DNA of 32,000 nt from Candidatus Nanoarchaeia archaeon (GTDB lineage: Archaea > Nanobdellota > Nanobdellia > Woesearchaeales > JANQNC01), in NCBI GenBank assembly GCA_028279745.1, contig JANQNC010000001.1:180001-212000 (forward strand), in the 5' to 3' direction. Position 1 is the first letter of the stretch; each line of letters starts with the position of its first letter. The translations under genes were made by a program, and so were the position numbers. The notes under the pieces are model-generated. The model ran no database searches. It worked only from the letters and a program-made list of their open reading frames with translations, and was not told the DNA's origin. Below, piece after piece: positions 9,046 to 16,418 of the stretch.

Positions 9046-9134
9046 CAATATACTATAGTGTATTGTCATTTAAATAATTTACCAAACAAAAACCTTTTAA
9101 ACAATAAGTTTAGAGAATTGAAATGGGTGTTTAG

Positions 9135-9893
9135 ATGTTAAGAAATTCATTTGTTCATATTCCCGGAATAGGGAAAAATACTGAGGAACAGATCTGGAAG
9201 AATGATGTTTATAGTTGGGAAGAGTTTCTAGAGAATAAAAATAAAGTCAGACTAAGTAAAGGAAAAAAAGAGATGATTGCCTACAACGTACAAAAATCAA
9301 TGGAAGCTTATGAAAAAAAAGATCACAGGTTTTTCCATAACAATTTCCCAAATAACTTGCATTGGAGAGCGTATAAAGACTTCAAAGATAAGTGCTGCTT
9401 TTTAGATATTGAGACTACCGGGTTGGATAAGCACAATGATGAAGTTACAGTTATAGGAATCTATGACGGCAAAGAAAGTAAGATCTTTATCCAAGGAAAA
9501 AACATGGATGAGTTTGAAGAAGAGATGCAAAAATATTCTCTGATAGTAAGTTTTAACGGCAGATGTTTCGATATTCCCTTTCTGAAGAATAAATTTCCAA
9601 ATGTTGACTTTGACAAATTACATATTGATCTAAGATTTGCAATGAGAGAGTTGGGTTTTGCTGGTGGATTAAAGAGAATTGAACAAGAGATAGGAATCGT
9701 GAGGGATGATGATCTGCAAGAAGTAGATGGATTTGAAGCAGTAAGGCTATGGTATAAATACAAAAGAGGAGATGAAGAAGCACTTGATCTATTGGTGAAG
9801 TATAACAAAGCAGATATTGAAAACTTGAAAGTGATGATGGAATTTGCATTTGAAAAATTAAAACAAAAAGATTTTCATGAGGTGATCACATGA
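9135..9893 (+). CDS. RNase H-like 3'-5' exonuclease-fold protein (YprB/COG3359-like)
   Basis: N-terminal HhH-like IPGIGKNTEEQIW. Exo motifs: CFLDIETTGL, SFNGRCFDIPFL, YNKADIENL. Confidence 0.6.
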   Translation: MLRNSFVHIPGIGKNTEEQIWKNDVYSWEEFLENKNKVRLSKGKKEMIAYNVQKSMEAYEKKDHRFFHNNFPNNLHWRAYKDFKDKCCFLDIETTGLDKHNDEVTVIGIYDGKESKIFIQGKNMDEFEEEMQKYSLIVSFNGRCFDIPFLKNKFPNVDFDKLHIDLRFAMRELGFAGGLKRIEQEIGIVRDDDLQEVDGFEAVRLWYKYKRGDEEALDLLVKYNKADIENLKVMMEFAFEKLKQKDFHEVIT

Positions 9894-10273
9894 TAAAAGA
9901 GTTAAGTGTTAAGACAAATTCAAGAAATGAGTTAGTTGACATAACTTCTGAAATTGAAAAATTAGTAAATGAAATTGAAGAAGGCGTCTGTTTTATTTTT
10001 GTACCACATACAACTGCAGCAGTAACTATAAACGAAAATGCAGATCCAGATGTTAAGTCCGATATACTGAAAAAGTTATCTGATCTAATTCCAGAACATG
10101 ACGACTACAGACATTCAGAGGGTAATTCAGACGCACATCTGAAGTCTTCTTTAATGGGCTTTTCTGAAACAGTAATAATAAAGAATGGAAGTCTTGTTTT
10201 AGGCACCTGGCAAAGCATTTACTTTTGCGAATTTGACGGACCAAGAAACAGGAAGATAATAATAAAATATTAA
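9890..10273 (+). CDS. YjbQ/UPF0047 family protein (secondary thiamine-phosphate synthase-like)
   Basis: VDITSEI...GVCFIFVPHTTAAVTINENADPDV...GNSDAHLKSSLMG...LGTWQSIYFCEFDGPR. Start overlaps the upstream stop (ATGA). Confidence 0.8.
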   Translation: MIKELSVKTNSRNELVDITSEIEKLVNEIEEGVCFIFVPHTTAAVTINENADPDVKSDILKKLSDLIPEHDDYRHSEGNSDAHLKSSLMGFSETVIIKNGSLVLGTWQSIYFCEFDGPRNRKIIIKY

Positions 10274-10274
10274 A

Positions 10275-10460
10275 TTATTTTTCAACAATCTTAACTTTAG
10301 AACTTAGACCGTGTCTAAGTCTAACAAGTTCAAAACTCTTGATACCTTTTGATTCTGCATATTTGTTAGCAGCTTCTTCTGATTTAAAGGTTTTAGGTCT
10401 AGGTTTTCTATTTCTGCCGTTCTTAATTACGATTTCTCTGTTTTGTATGTGTGTACTCAT
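10275..10460 (-). CDS. small basic hypothetical protein (61 aa)
   Basis: ORF with SD-like agaggt upstream. Sequence MSTHIQNREIVIKNGRNRKPRPKTFKSEEAANKYAESKG... No family recognised. Confidence 0.45.
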   Translation of the reverse strand: MSTHIQNREIVIKNGRNRKPRPKTFKSEEAANKYAESKGIKSFELVRLRHGLSSKVKIVEK

Positions 10461-10502
10461 TTTAACCTCTTGAAATAACTGATCATTTATAAGACTTTTC
10501 TT

Positions 10503-10518
10503 ACTTAGCTTGCTAAGT
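10503..10518. promoter_or_regulatory. 16-bp palindrome ACTTAGC-TT-GCTAAGT between bud32 and the 61-aa gene
   Basis: 7-bp perfect arms, 12 nt past the bud32 stop and upstream of the TATA-like cttataaat of 10275-10460. It could be a terminator hairpin or an operator. Confidence 0.3.
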
Positions 10519-10529
10519 TGAAAAAATCC

Positions 10530-11129
10530 TCAAGATTTTTTCTTATTTCTACCACGTTGCTCAACTAAATTAAGCCTTTGGATAACTTCTTCTGAGTTTT
10601 CATAATCATTGTATCCTCTCAAAACATTCTCAAAAGCAGTATCATAAACTTTGAAGTGTTTACTTTCTAATGCTTGTCTTAGTAAGTGCAGATCAACTGC
10701 TTTGTCTTCAACTTTATTCGAGATAAAACTCAGACCAAAGTCTAAAAAGTGAACTTCATCTTTAAGGATCATGTTAGATGTTGTCAAATCGCCATGAATG
10801 ATGTTATGTTGATGCAGTAAAGCAATCTTTCTACCTATCTCCTCACAGATCTTAACATTATCATCTAATACATCTCTAACTTTAGGACCTTCTAAGAAAT
10901 CCATCGCTATAAGCATTCTTTTGTCACAAACTTCTCTAAGTCTAGGGCTTGGAAAGTTAAGCTCTTCTAACTTGTTGATAATTTTAGCTTCTCTTCTTGT
11001 TCTAGCTTTTCTAAGCTTGTTATCTAGGATCGGCAATCTGTAATCTTTTGCTAATCTTTCTTTTAGAACTTCAGCTCCTTTTTTACTGACTACTGCTTCC
11101 GCGCCTTGGCCGATGACTTCCATTTTCAA
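10530..11129 (-). CDS. bud32: Kae1-associated serine/threonine kinase Bud32 (KEOPS subunit)
   Basis: GAEAVV, KERLAKDYRLPILDNKLRKARTRREAKI, IIHGDLTTSNMIL, LDFGLS, EDKAVDLHLL. Starts 6 nt after the S3Ae stop. Confidence 0.85.
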   Translation of the reverse strand: MKMEVIGQGAEAVVSKKGAEVLKERLAKDYRLPILDNKLRKARTRREAKIINKLEELNFPSPRLREVCDKRMLIAMDFLEGPKVRDVLDDNVKICEEIGRKIALLHQHNIIHGDLTTSNMILKDEVHFLDFGLSFISNKVEDKAVDLHLLRQALESKHFKVYDTAFENVLRGYNDYENSEEVIQRLNLVEQRGRNKKKS

Positions 11130-11134
11130 AAGAA

Positions 11135-11842
11135 TTACTCTTCTTGTTTAGCTTCCTTTGCAGGAGCTTCGTTTTCGGTTTTAGCTTCTTCTTGTTTAGG
11201 TTCTTCTTTTTTCTCTTCTAAAACAATCTTTGCCTTTCTAACCTTAGCTTTTTTAGATGTTGGGCTTGTAACTTCTAAAACCTTAACTTCAACCATCCTT
11301 ACAGGGTAAACCTTTTTACAAACTCCTGAAACTTGCCTCTGGAACTTTGTAGAGATTATATCTCTCAAAAGATTTTCGTAAGTTGATTTTTTAGCGTAAT
11401 TGATTATGAAACTAGCAGCTCTTTCTCTTAGTGCTGTTTCAATAGAACCTTTTAGCTTTGAGTTAACAAGCATCATAGGCTTGATTCTTACTAAAATGTT
11501 ATCAGATGTTTTACACACAAAGCTGTCATCAACTCTGCTCTTTCCCTTTCTCACTAATCTTTTTAGTGCCACAGGAATAACTTCATATCTTGAAACTTCA
11601 GTAAAAGCAGTTTCTCCTTTTACTTCTTTAACTTTCAGATGTACTTTGTTGTTTTGTTTCTTAATATCACCCATAATATTCATCAGACTTAAAGAAACAA
11701 CTCTTCCATTAAGTTTTTCAGGACTTTCAGCTAAAGTGTCGCCCACAACTCGATTATTGAATAGCTTAGGTGCTTGTAACTTAAACCATAATTTCTTCTT
11801 TACTTTTGCGCTTGTTTGTGCTGTTTTTTTTGCTTTTGCCAT
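11135..11842 (-). CDS. rps3ae: 30S ribosomal protein S3Ae (eS1) with K/E-rich C-terminal extension
   Basis: KKKLWFKLQAPKLFNNRVVGDTLA...GRVVSLSLMNIMGDIKKQN.. is typical of S3Ae. An extra tail of about 45 aa follows (SKKAKVRKAKIVLEEKKEEPKQEEAK..). Confidence 0.9.
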   Translation of the reverse strand: MAKAKKTAQTSAKVKKKLWFKLQAPKLFNNRVVGDTLAESPEKLNGRVVSLSLMNIMGDIKKQNNKVHLKVKEVKGETAFTEVSRYEVIPVALKRLVRKGKSRVDDSFVCKTSDNILVRIKPMMLVNSKLKGSIETALRERAASFIINYAKKSTYENLLRDIISTKFQRQVSGVCKKVYPVRMVEVKVLEVTSPTSKKAKVRKAKIVLEEKKEEPKQEEAKTENEAPAKEAKQEE

Positions 11843-11965
11843 CTTATAAGTCGAAATGATTAAGGAGTCCTATTTAAAGCTTACTGTTTTTAGTATATTA
11901 TATAAAGGGTAAACAAAAAAACCCTCCCTATTTTTGCAAGTAAAAAAGAACTTTTTATTTGAAGT

Positions 11966-12778
11966 TTAATTTTCCTTTTTCTTTGGCCTGATTATGTAAT
12001 AATTGTTTATCTTTTGTGTAATAGTTTCTAATTTTCCAACGTATGTTTCTGGGTTTTTCTTCTTAAATTCTTCAAAATCTTTTTTGAATTTATCATAAAT
12101 ATCATTTCTGACAGCAACTAATGCACTTTCCATATCTAAAGGAGTCAGATCATTTTTCTTTTCATGGTCTTTTTCAGCATAATCACTACACCACATGAAG
12201 AACTTGGAGTTGGTGAGTTCCGCTATTTTTAAGCAGAGATTTACGCAAGAGTCATAATGGTCTAGATCTTTTTCATCTAAATCTATTTCTTTTTCTCCAT
12301 AACCATAAGGACCATACCAAACTGCTCCAATGTTGAATCTCACTCCTTTTTCACAGTTAATATTAAAAATGAGCTCGTTCTTCATACGTAATGTAATTCT
12401 TTTATGTTTTTTTGAAAGCTCAGCGATCTTTTTAGGGATATCTTTTATGTCAGTAGGATATCTGTTTACTTTAAGCATTTTTGCCCCCTTATTGGCAAGG
12501 TCTATATGCTCCATTTCTTGTTTCCCATGTTTTTTTTCATCCCATTCTCTTGCATCAATCCATTCATTAGCCTCAATATTTGCTTTGATGTATGTGGATG
12601 GGTCAAACTTGTCAACCTGGTGTTTGGAGACATCTATATTGATTGGTTTTCCTTTAATATCAATCAGAGGAGGAGGAATCATATTCTTTATCTTTGTATC
12701 TGACAATAGAATAGAGAAAAAGCTCTCTAAATCCTTAATAAATTCGTTTTCAAAAAAGATATCTAAGCTAGCTGCCAT
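11966..12778 (-). CDS. hypothetical protein (270 aa)
   Basis: Long ORF. TATA rc(12802-12809) ends 24 nt before the ATG. No family recognised. Confidence 0.5.
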   Translation of the reverse strand: MAASLDIFFENEFIKDLESFFSILLSDTKIKNMIPPPLIDIKGKPINIDVSKHQVDKFDPSTYIKANIEANEWIDAREWDEKKHGKQEMEHIDLANKGAKMLKVNRYPTDIKDIPKKIAELSKKHKRITLRMKNELIFNINCEKGVRFNIGAVWYGPYGYGEKEIDLDEKDLDHYDSCVNLCLKIAELTNSKFFMWCSDYAEKDHEKKNDLTPLDMESALVAVRNDIYDKFKKDFEEFKKKNPETYVGKLETITQKINNYYIIRPKKKEN

Positions 12779-12973
12779 ACAAGTTGTGTGATTAAATATG
12801 TTATATAATTCTTTTTAAAAAAACCCACCAGTTATCCGATACAGAAGGTTACATACAAAAAAAAGTTGTTTGTACAAAGGCAGGTTTATTTAAAAACAAA
12901 AACCTTTTTATACTAGTATTTTCAGTTTAAATACAAAAAGAGGTGATGGAAGATAGAGCTAGATAAAAGTAAC

Positions 12974-13915
12974 ATGTTCTCTGATATATTTACATTCGAT
13001 AAGCACTGTGAGAAAGCTTTTGAGACAAAAGTAAAAGTTAATTTCAAGCCAGACAAGATAATATTATGCGGTATGGGCGGCAGTGCAATCATGGGAGATA
13101 TTGCATCAGCTCTAGTTGAAAAGATTCCATTAATCGTAGTAAGAGGATACGATCTGCCAAAGTATGCAGACAAAAACTCATTAGTAATAATCTCATCATA
13201 CTCTGGAGATACAGAAGAAACACTAAGTTGTTTTGAACAGGCAAGAAAAAGAAAACTAAAAGTTGTAGCAATCACATCAGGTGGATCAATATTATCAAAG
13301 TGTAAAAAAGGAAAAGTTCCATTTATACAACTGCCAACAGGATACCAACCAAGAGCAGCATTAGGATATGGATTATTCTCATTATTAGGACTATTACAAA
13401 ATTCAGAAATAATCAGCGTAAAATTAGATGCAAAAGAGGCAATAAAACTTGTAAAGAAAAACAAACCAATAATGGAAATAGCCCATAAGATGGCAAGCAA
13501 TCTTACAATGAGTGTGCCAGTTATTTATGCATCAAGCACTTACTACGGTGTTGCGATGAGATGGAAAACACAAGTTAACGAAAATGCAAAACAGATGGCA
13601 TTCTTCAACGTGTTTTCAGAGCAGAACCACAACGAGATAAATGGTTATCAGTTTGTACCGCCAAACTTTCATGTTGTTCTATTGAGAGATAAGAAAGACA
13701 GTGCAAGAATAAGAAAAAGGATGGACATACTAAAGCCAGCAATGTCAAAAACACATCTTACTGAAGTTTACTGTAAAGGAAAATCATTATTGGCAAGAAT
13801 TCTTTATCTAATACATCTAGGAGATTGGGTTTCATATTACTTGGCATCATTCAACCAGGTAGATCCAACACCTGTGCCAGTAATAGATAATCTAAAAATA
13901 AAGTTAAAAAAATAA
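12974..13915 (+). CDS. bifunctional phosphoglucose/phosphomannose isomerase (SIS domain, archaeal type)
   Basis: ILCGMGGSAIMGDI, VIISSYSGDTEET, VVAITSGG and a C-terminal PGI/PMI-type region (RWKTQVNENAK, NHNEING). Confidence 0.8.
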   Translation: MFSDIFTFDKHCEKAFETKVKVNFKPDKIILCGMGGSAIMGDIASALVEKIPLIVVRGYDLPKYADKNSLVIISSYSGDTEETLSCFEQARKRKLKVVAITSGGSILSKCKKGKVPFIQLPTGYQPRAALGYGLFSLLGLLQNSEIISVKLDAKEAIKLVKKNKPIMEIAHKMASNLTMSVPVIYASSTYYGVAMRWKTQVNENAKQMAFFNVFSEQNHNEINGYQFVPPNFHVVLLRDKKDSARIRKRMDILKPAMSKTHLTEVYCKGKSLLARILYLIHLGDWVSYYLASFNQVDPTPVPVIDNLKIKLKK

Positions 13916-13921
13916 AAAAAA

Positions 13922-14092
13922 TTAGTTGTAACTAAACATTAAGTAATGGCGTTCTTCATTACCTCCTGCTTCACCGCTGTTAAGGTAGTTAATGATACTA
14001 GCTTCATAGTCAGAAACCAGTTTCAACCTTCTCCTCGCTATTTGTCTTTGACTTTGTTGTTCTGCAACAACACTGTTTGCTATATCACTCAT
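13922..14092 (-). CDS. small hypothetical protein (56 aa)
   Basis: Below the ORF-track cutoff. My translation: MSDIANSVVAEQQSQRQIARRRLKLVSDYEASIINYLNSGEAGGNEERHYLMFSYN. Strong SD (acGGAGGGGaaaATG). It looks more protein-like than the overlapping + strand ORF 13946-14134. Confidence 0.4.
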   Translation of the reverse strand: MSDIANSVVAEQQSQRQIARRRLKLVSDYEASIINYLNSGEAGGNEERHYLMFSYN

Positions 14093-14208
14093 TTTCCCCT
14101 CCGTGCAAACTCTTCTTTATTCTTATCGACCTGAAAATTTAATAGAAATAACCCCATAAACCCCCAAGCCCGAAAAGAAACCTGAGAGTTTACTGTTTTG
14201 TCTTTACA

Positions 14209-14252
14209 GCTACAACTACCTTAAATGTAATTATTGTAAATGTAGTTGAAGC
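14209..14252. repeat. 11-bp inverted repeat (10/11 pairing) with 22-nt spacer
   Basis: gctacaactac (14209-14219) pairs with gtagttgaagc (14242-14252). The spacer contains a direct taaatgta duplication. Confidence 0.6.
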
Positions 14253-14280
14253 CATTAAAGAATCATATTGGTAAAACTAG

Positions 14281-14294
14281 TATTTAAACATTTC
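14281..14294 (-). promoter_or_regulatory. orphan BRE/TATA-like element pointing into the 14.1-14.26 kb gap
   Basis: The reverse complement reads gaaatgTTTAAATA, a 14-mer identical to the 14778-14791 element. It overlaps the stop codon of 14294-14614. Confidence 0.4.
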
Positions 14295-14614
14295 TAGGTT
14301 TTTTTGGATTTTTCTTGCTGTTTTCTCCAATAGGCTATCTCAGAATCAAAAGGTTGTTCCCACTTGCCTTTTTCTTTCTCTGCTAAAAGAACATCGCAAA
14401 GAAAAGTGAGTTCTTCACCATCAATCTTAAGAAATCGTTCTACATTTTTCTTTAGGCTTTCTTCACCCTCACTAAGCCAGTTCCTTATGAGCTTGTATGA
14501 AACAGAAACATGATTGATATTGCACAAACTGTAATCATTACCTATAACCATAAATCTGCTAGTAGACTCTCTTGAAGGTAGCTTTTGTCCATAACTTAAG
14601 TATGCCATTTTCAA
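14294..14614 (-). CDS. hypothetical protein (106 aa; the ATG at 14608 may be the true start)
   Basis: The ORF follows the zinc-ribbon mini-gene after 15 nt on the same strand. No family recognised. Confidence 0.5.
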   Translation of the reverse strand: MKMAYLSYGQKLPSRESTSRFMVIGNDYSLCNINHVSVSYKLIRNWLSEGEESLKKNVERFLKIDGEELTFLCDVLLAEKEKGKWEQPFDSEIAYWRKQQEKSKKT

Positions 14615-14629
14615 ATTGGTAGTAAAGAA

Positions 14630-14755
14630 TTACTCTCCGAGCTTTCTAGCTCTAGCACGTTCGACAGCCAGCTTTTTTCTGCAGTCAACACACCATTTTC
14701 TCATCTTGCTGAACGTCTGTATCTCTTCATCACATCGTTGACATTTGACTACCAT
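14630..14755 (-). CDS. zinc-ribbon mini-protein (41 aa)
   Basis: Below the ORF-track cutoff. My translation: MVVKCQRCDEEIQTFSKMRKWCVDCRKKLAVERARARKLGE (CxxC-13-CxxC plus a basic helix). BRE/TATA rc(14778-14792) ends 23 nt before the ATG, the leaderless pattern. Confidence 0.5.
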   Translation of the reverse strand: MVVKCQRCDEEIQTFSKMRKWCVDCRKKLAVERARARKLGE

Positions 14756-14777
14756 TATCGAAGGGAATGAAGGCTTC

Positions 14778-14792
14778 TATTTAAACATTTCG
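14778..14792 (-). promoter_or_regulatory. BRE/TATA promoter (leaderless) of the zinc-ribbon mini-gene
   Basis: The reverse complement reads cgaaatgTTTAAATA and ends 23 nt before ATG 14755. Confidence 0.55.
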
Positions 14793-14821
14793 TAATTTAC
14801 TACTTTTAAGTAAGAACAAAA

Positions 14822-14836
14822 CGAAACATTTATATA
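14822..14836 (+). promoter_or_regulatory. BRE/TATA promoter of the GGDEF gene
   Basis: cgaaacaTTTATATA. The 16-mer cgaaacatttatatac is identical to 15764-15779. It lies back-to-back with the minus-strand promoter at 14778-14792. Confidence 0.55.
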
Positions 14837-14882
14837 CTAGTATCTATTACCACTTACTAATGACAAATAATTGGTATTGAAA

Positions 14883-15710
14883 ATGGTCAGAGCAGACAGC
14901 TTAAACAAAACTGAGATAGGATATGCCTTTAAGGCGCAGAATAAGCTAAAAATAGCTCCAAATTTGCCAAATAAAGTGTCAGCAGACGTTCTAGACAGTT
15001 ACACCAAACAAGCCCAATCAGTCATCTCTGAAGCCGAAAGAGAGATGGGCGTTAAAGTAGCAGACTACCTAAAAAACCACGTTCAGGAGCAAATAGGTGT
15101 ATTAGCTCACATGGTCGAAAAAGAAGGTAAAATCGACAGCTTAGAGAGTAAAGTTGGTGATTTAAATGCCGAACTTGGAATAGATCCACTAACTCAGATA
15201 CCAAACTACAAAGCACTTAGAGGAAAGCTCGACAGAGAAGTTGAGAGAGTACAAAGAGGCTATTGGAGAACAAATAACGCAGAGGAAGCAAAAAAAGTAC
15301 TGCCCACCTCAGTAATTATGATCGATGCAGATGACTTCAAAAAATATAACGACAGCTATGGGCACCAAGCAGGAAACGATGCACTGAAAAAGATTGCAGA
15401 AATAATGAAAAAAGAAGTAAGAAAGATTGATCTTGTCGGAAGATATGGTGGAGAAGAGTTTGTTGCTGTACTGACGGAAGCAAACAAAGAACAAGCTTAC
15501 AATGTAGCAGAAAGAATAAGAGAATCAGCAGAAAATTCTGGGCTAAAATACCCCATATCATTATGTCTTGGGATAGCAGATACATCAGATGTTACGTTTG
15601 GAGAAAACACGGTTGACGAGCTTATCGAAAAAGCAGATAAAGCTATGTATCATTCAAAAAATAGCGGAAAAAATCAAACTACAATCTATAACGGCCGCAT
15701 TGATGAATAG
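14883..15710 (+). CDS. GGDEF-domain diguanylate cyclase-family protein with N-terminal coiled coil
   Basis: DPLTQIPNYKAL linker, VIMIDADDFKKYNDSYGHQAGNDALK, I-site RKID five residues before RYGGEEF, SLCLGIAD, KADKAMYHSKNSGKNQ. The ORF track starts at TTG 14871. ATG 14883 is preferred. Confidence 0.85.
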   Translation: MVRADSLNKTEIGYAFKAQNKLKIAPNLPNKVSADVLDSYTKQAQSVISEAEREMGVKVADYLKNHVQEQIGVLAHMVEKEGKIDSLESKVGDLNAELGIDPLTQIPNYKALRGKLDREVERVQRGYWRTNNAEEAKKVLPTSVIMIDADDFKKYNDSYGHQAGNDALKKIAEIMKKEVRKIDLVGRYGGEEFVAVLTEANKEQAYNVAERIRESAENSGLKYPISLCLGIADTSDVTFGENTVDELIEKADKAMYHSKNSGKNQTTIYNGRIDE

Positions 15711-15763
15711 CCATAAATTCTAATAGTTTAAGTTAAATTATTCCTTAATAGTAGTTAAAACTG

Positions 15764-15778
15764 CGAAACATTTATATA
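15764..15778 (+). promoter_or_regulatory. BRE/TATA promoter of the 183-aa GGDEF-like gene
   Basis: cgaaacaTTTATATA. The TATA ends 30 nt before ATG 15808. Confidence 0.55.
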
Positions 15779-15807
15779 CCTATTCCAGTATACTATCTCA
15801 TCGGGGA

Positions 15808-16359
15808 ATGAATAACATGGGGGAAAACAATACAGCAAAAGATATTGGCAATACATTAGAAACCGTATCAACACAGTCCATACACCAAAAAGTGCAAGAA
15901 TCTGAGTACATAATGGGTATTGACGTATCGATGATAGTCGAGAAGCATTCTTCAAAAGATATTGGTTCAACAATATCTAAAATTATTGACATCACAGATT
16001 TCTTAGAAAGAGACAAACTAGTCTTTATATCTCACGGAGACACCAATCCAACATATAGAAATCAAGATCTAAATGCAACACAAAAAGTGGTTGCATACTT
16101 CAACATGGAAGGTTCATACCAAGGAGTAGAAGCAAAAGCTCACGAGATAAAACAGACCATCAACGATAAATACTTTTTACAATCAGGAGATGAAAGGATA
16201 CCAACAAGAATAGGTATAGTTGCAGTAAAGCCAACAGAAGAAGAAAGAAAAGTGGCTCCAAATTCTCAATATCCTTTAGTTATCCACACAGTAGACCACA
16301 TGTTAATAAGCTCAGTTGAGAAAGACAGAGTAGAAATACATTCATCAACTGAAAAATAG
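15808..16359 (+). CDS. hypothetical protein, possibly a degenerate GGDEF/palm-like domain
   Basis: 183-aa ORF with its own BRE/TATA. By eye it is collinear with the neighbouring GGDEF domain: IMGIDVS vs IMIDADD, KLVFISHGDTN vs DLVGRYGGEEF, PTRIGIVAV vs ISLCLGIAD, TVDHMLISSVEKDRVEI vs KADKAMYHSKNSGKNQT. The domain assignment is inference. Confidence 0.45.
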   Translation: MNNMGENNTAKDIGNTLETVSTQSIHQKVQESEYIMGIDVSMIVEKHSSKDIGSTISKIIDITDFLERDKLVFISHGDTNPTYRNQDLNATQKVVAYFNMEGSYQGVEAKAHEIKQTINDKYFLQSGDERIPTRIGIVAVKPTEEERKVAPNSQYPLVIHTVDHMLISSVEKDRVEIHSSTEK

Positions 16360-16360
16360 C

Positions 16361-16376
16361 AAAACATTTATAAATA
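16361..16376 (+). promoter_or_regulatory. BRE/TATA promoter of the coiled-coil operon
   Basis: aaaacaTTTATAAAta, followed by the purine-rich SD-like aagaaggtggtggag. Confidence 0.5.
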
Positions 16377-16418
16377 CAAAGAGGCCTAAATTCTCAGATC
16401 TTAACTAAAAAAAAGAAG

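Noticed and set aside
13946-14134. A 62-aa plus-strand ORF from the ORF track.
   Set aside because: There is no SD or TATA in front, and the sequence is implausible (MAFFITSCFTAVKVV...). The opposite strand carries a better 56-aa ORF with a GGAGGGG SD.
14093-14260. A possible c-di-GMP riboswitch or other known riboswitch next to the GGDEF gene.
   Set aside because: I cannot recognise the GEMM-I/II conserved cores (tetraloop/receptor helices) by eye. The region is also transcribed away from the cyclase. It remains only an unclassified structured leader candidate pending an Infernal scan.
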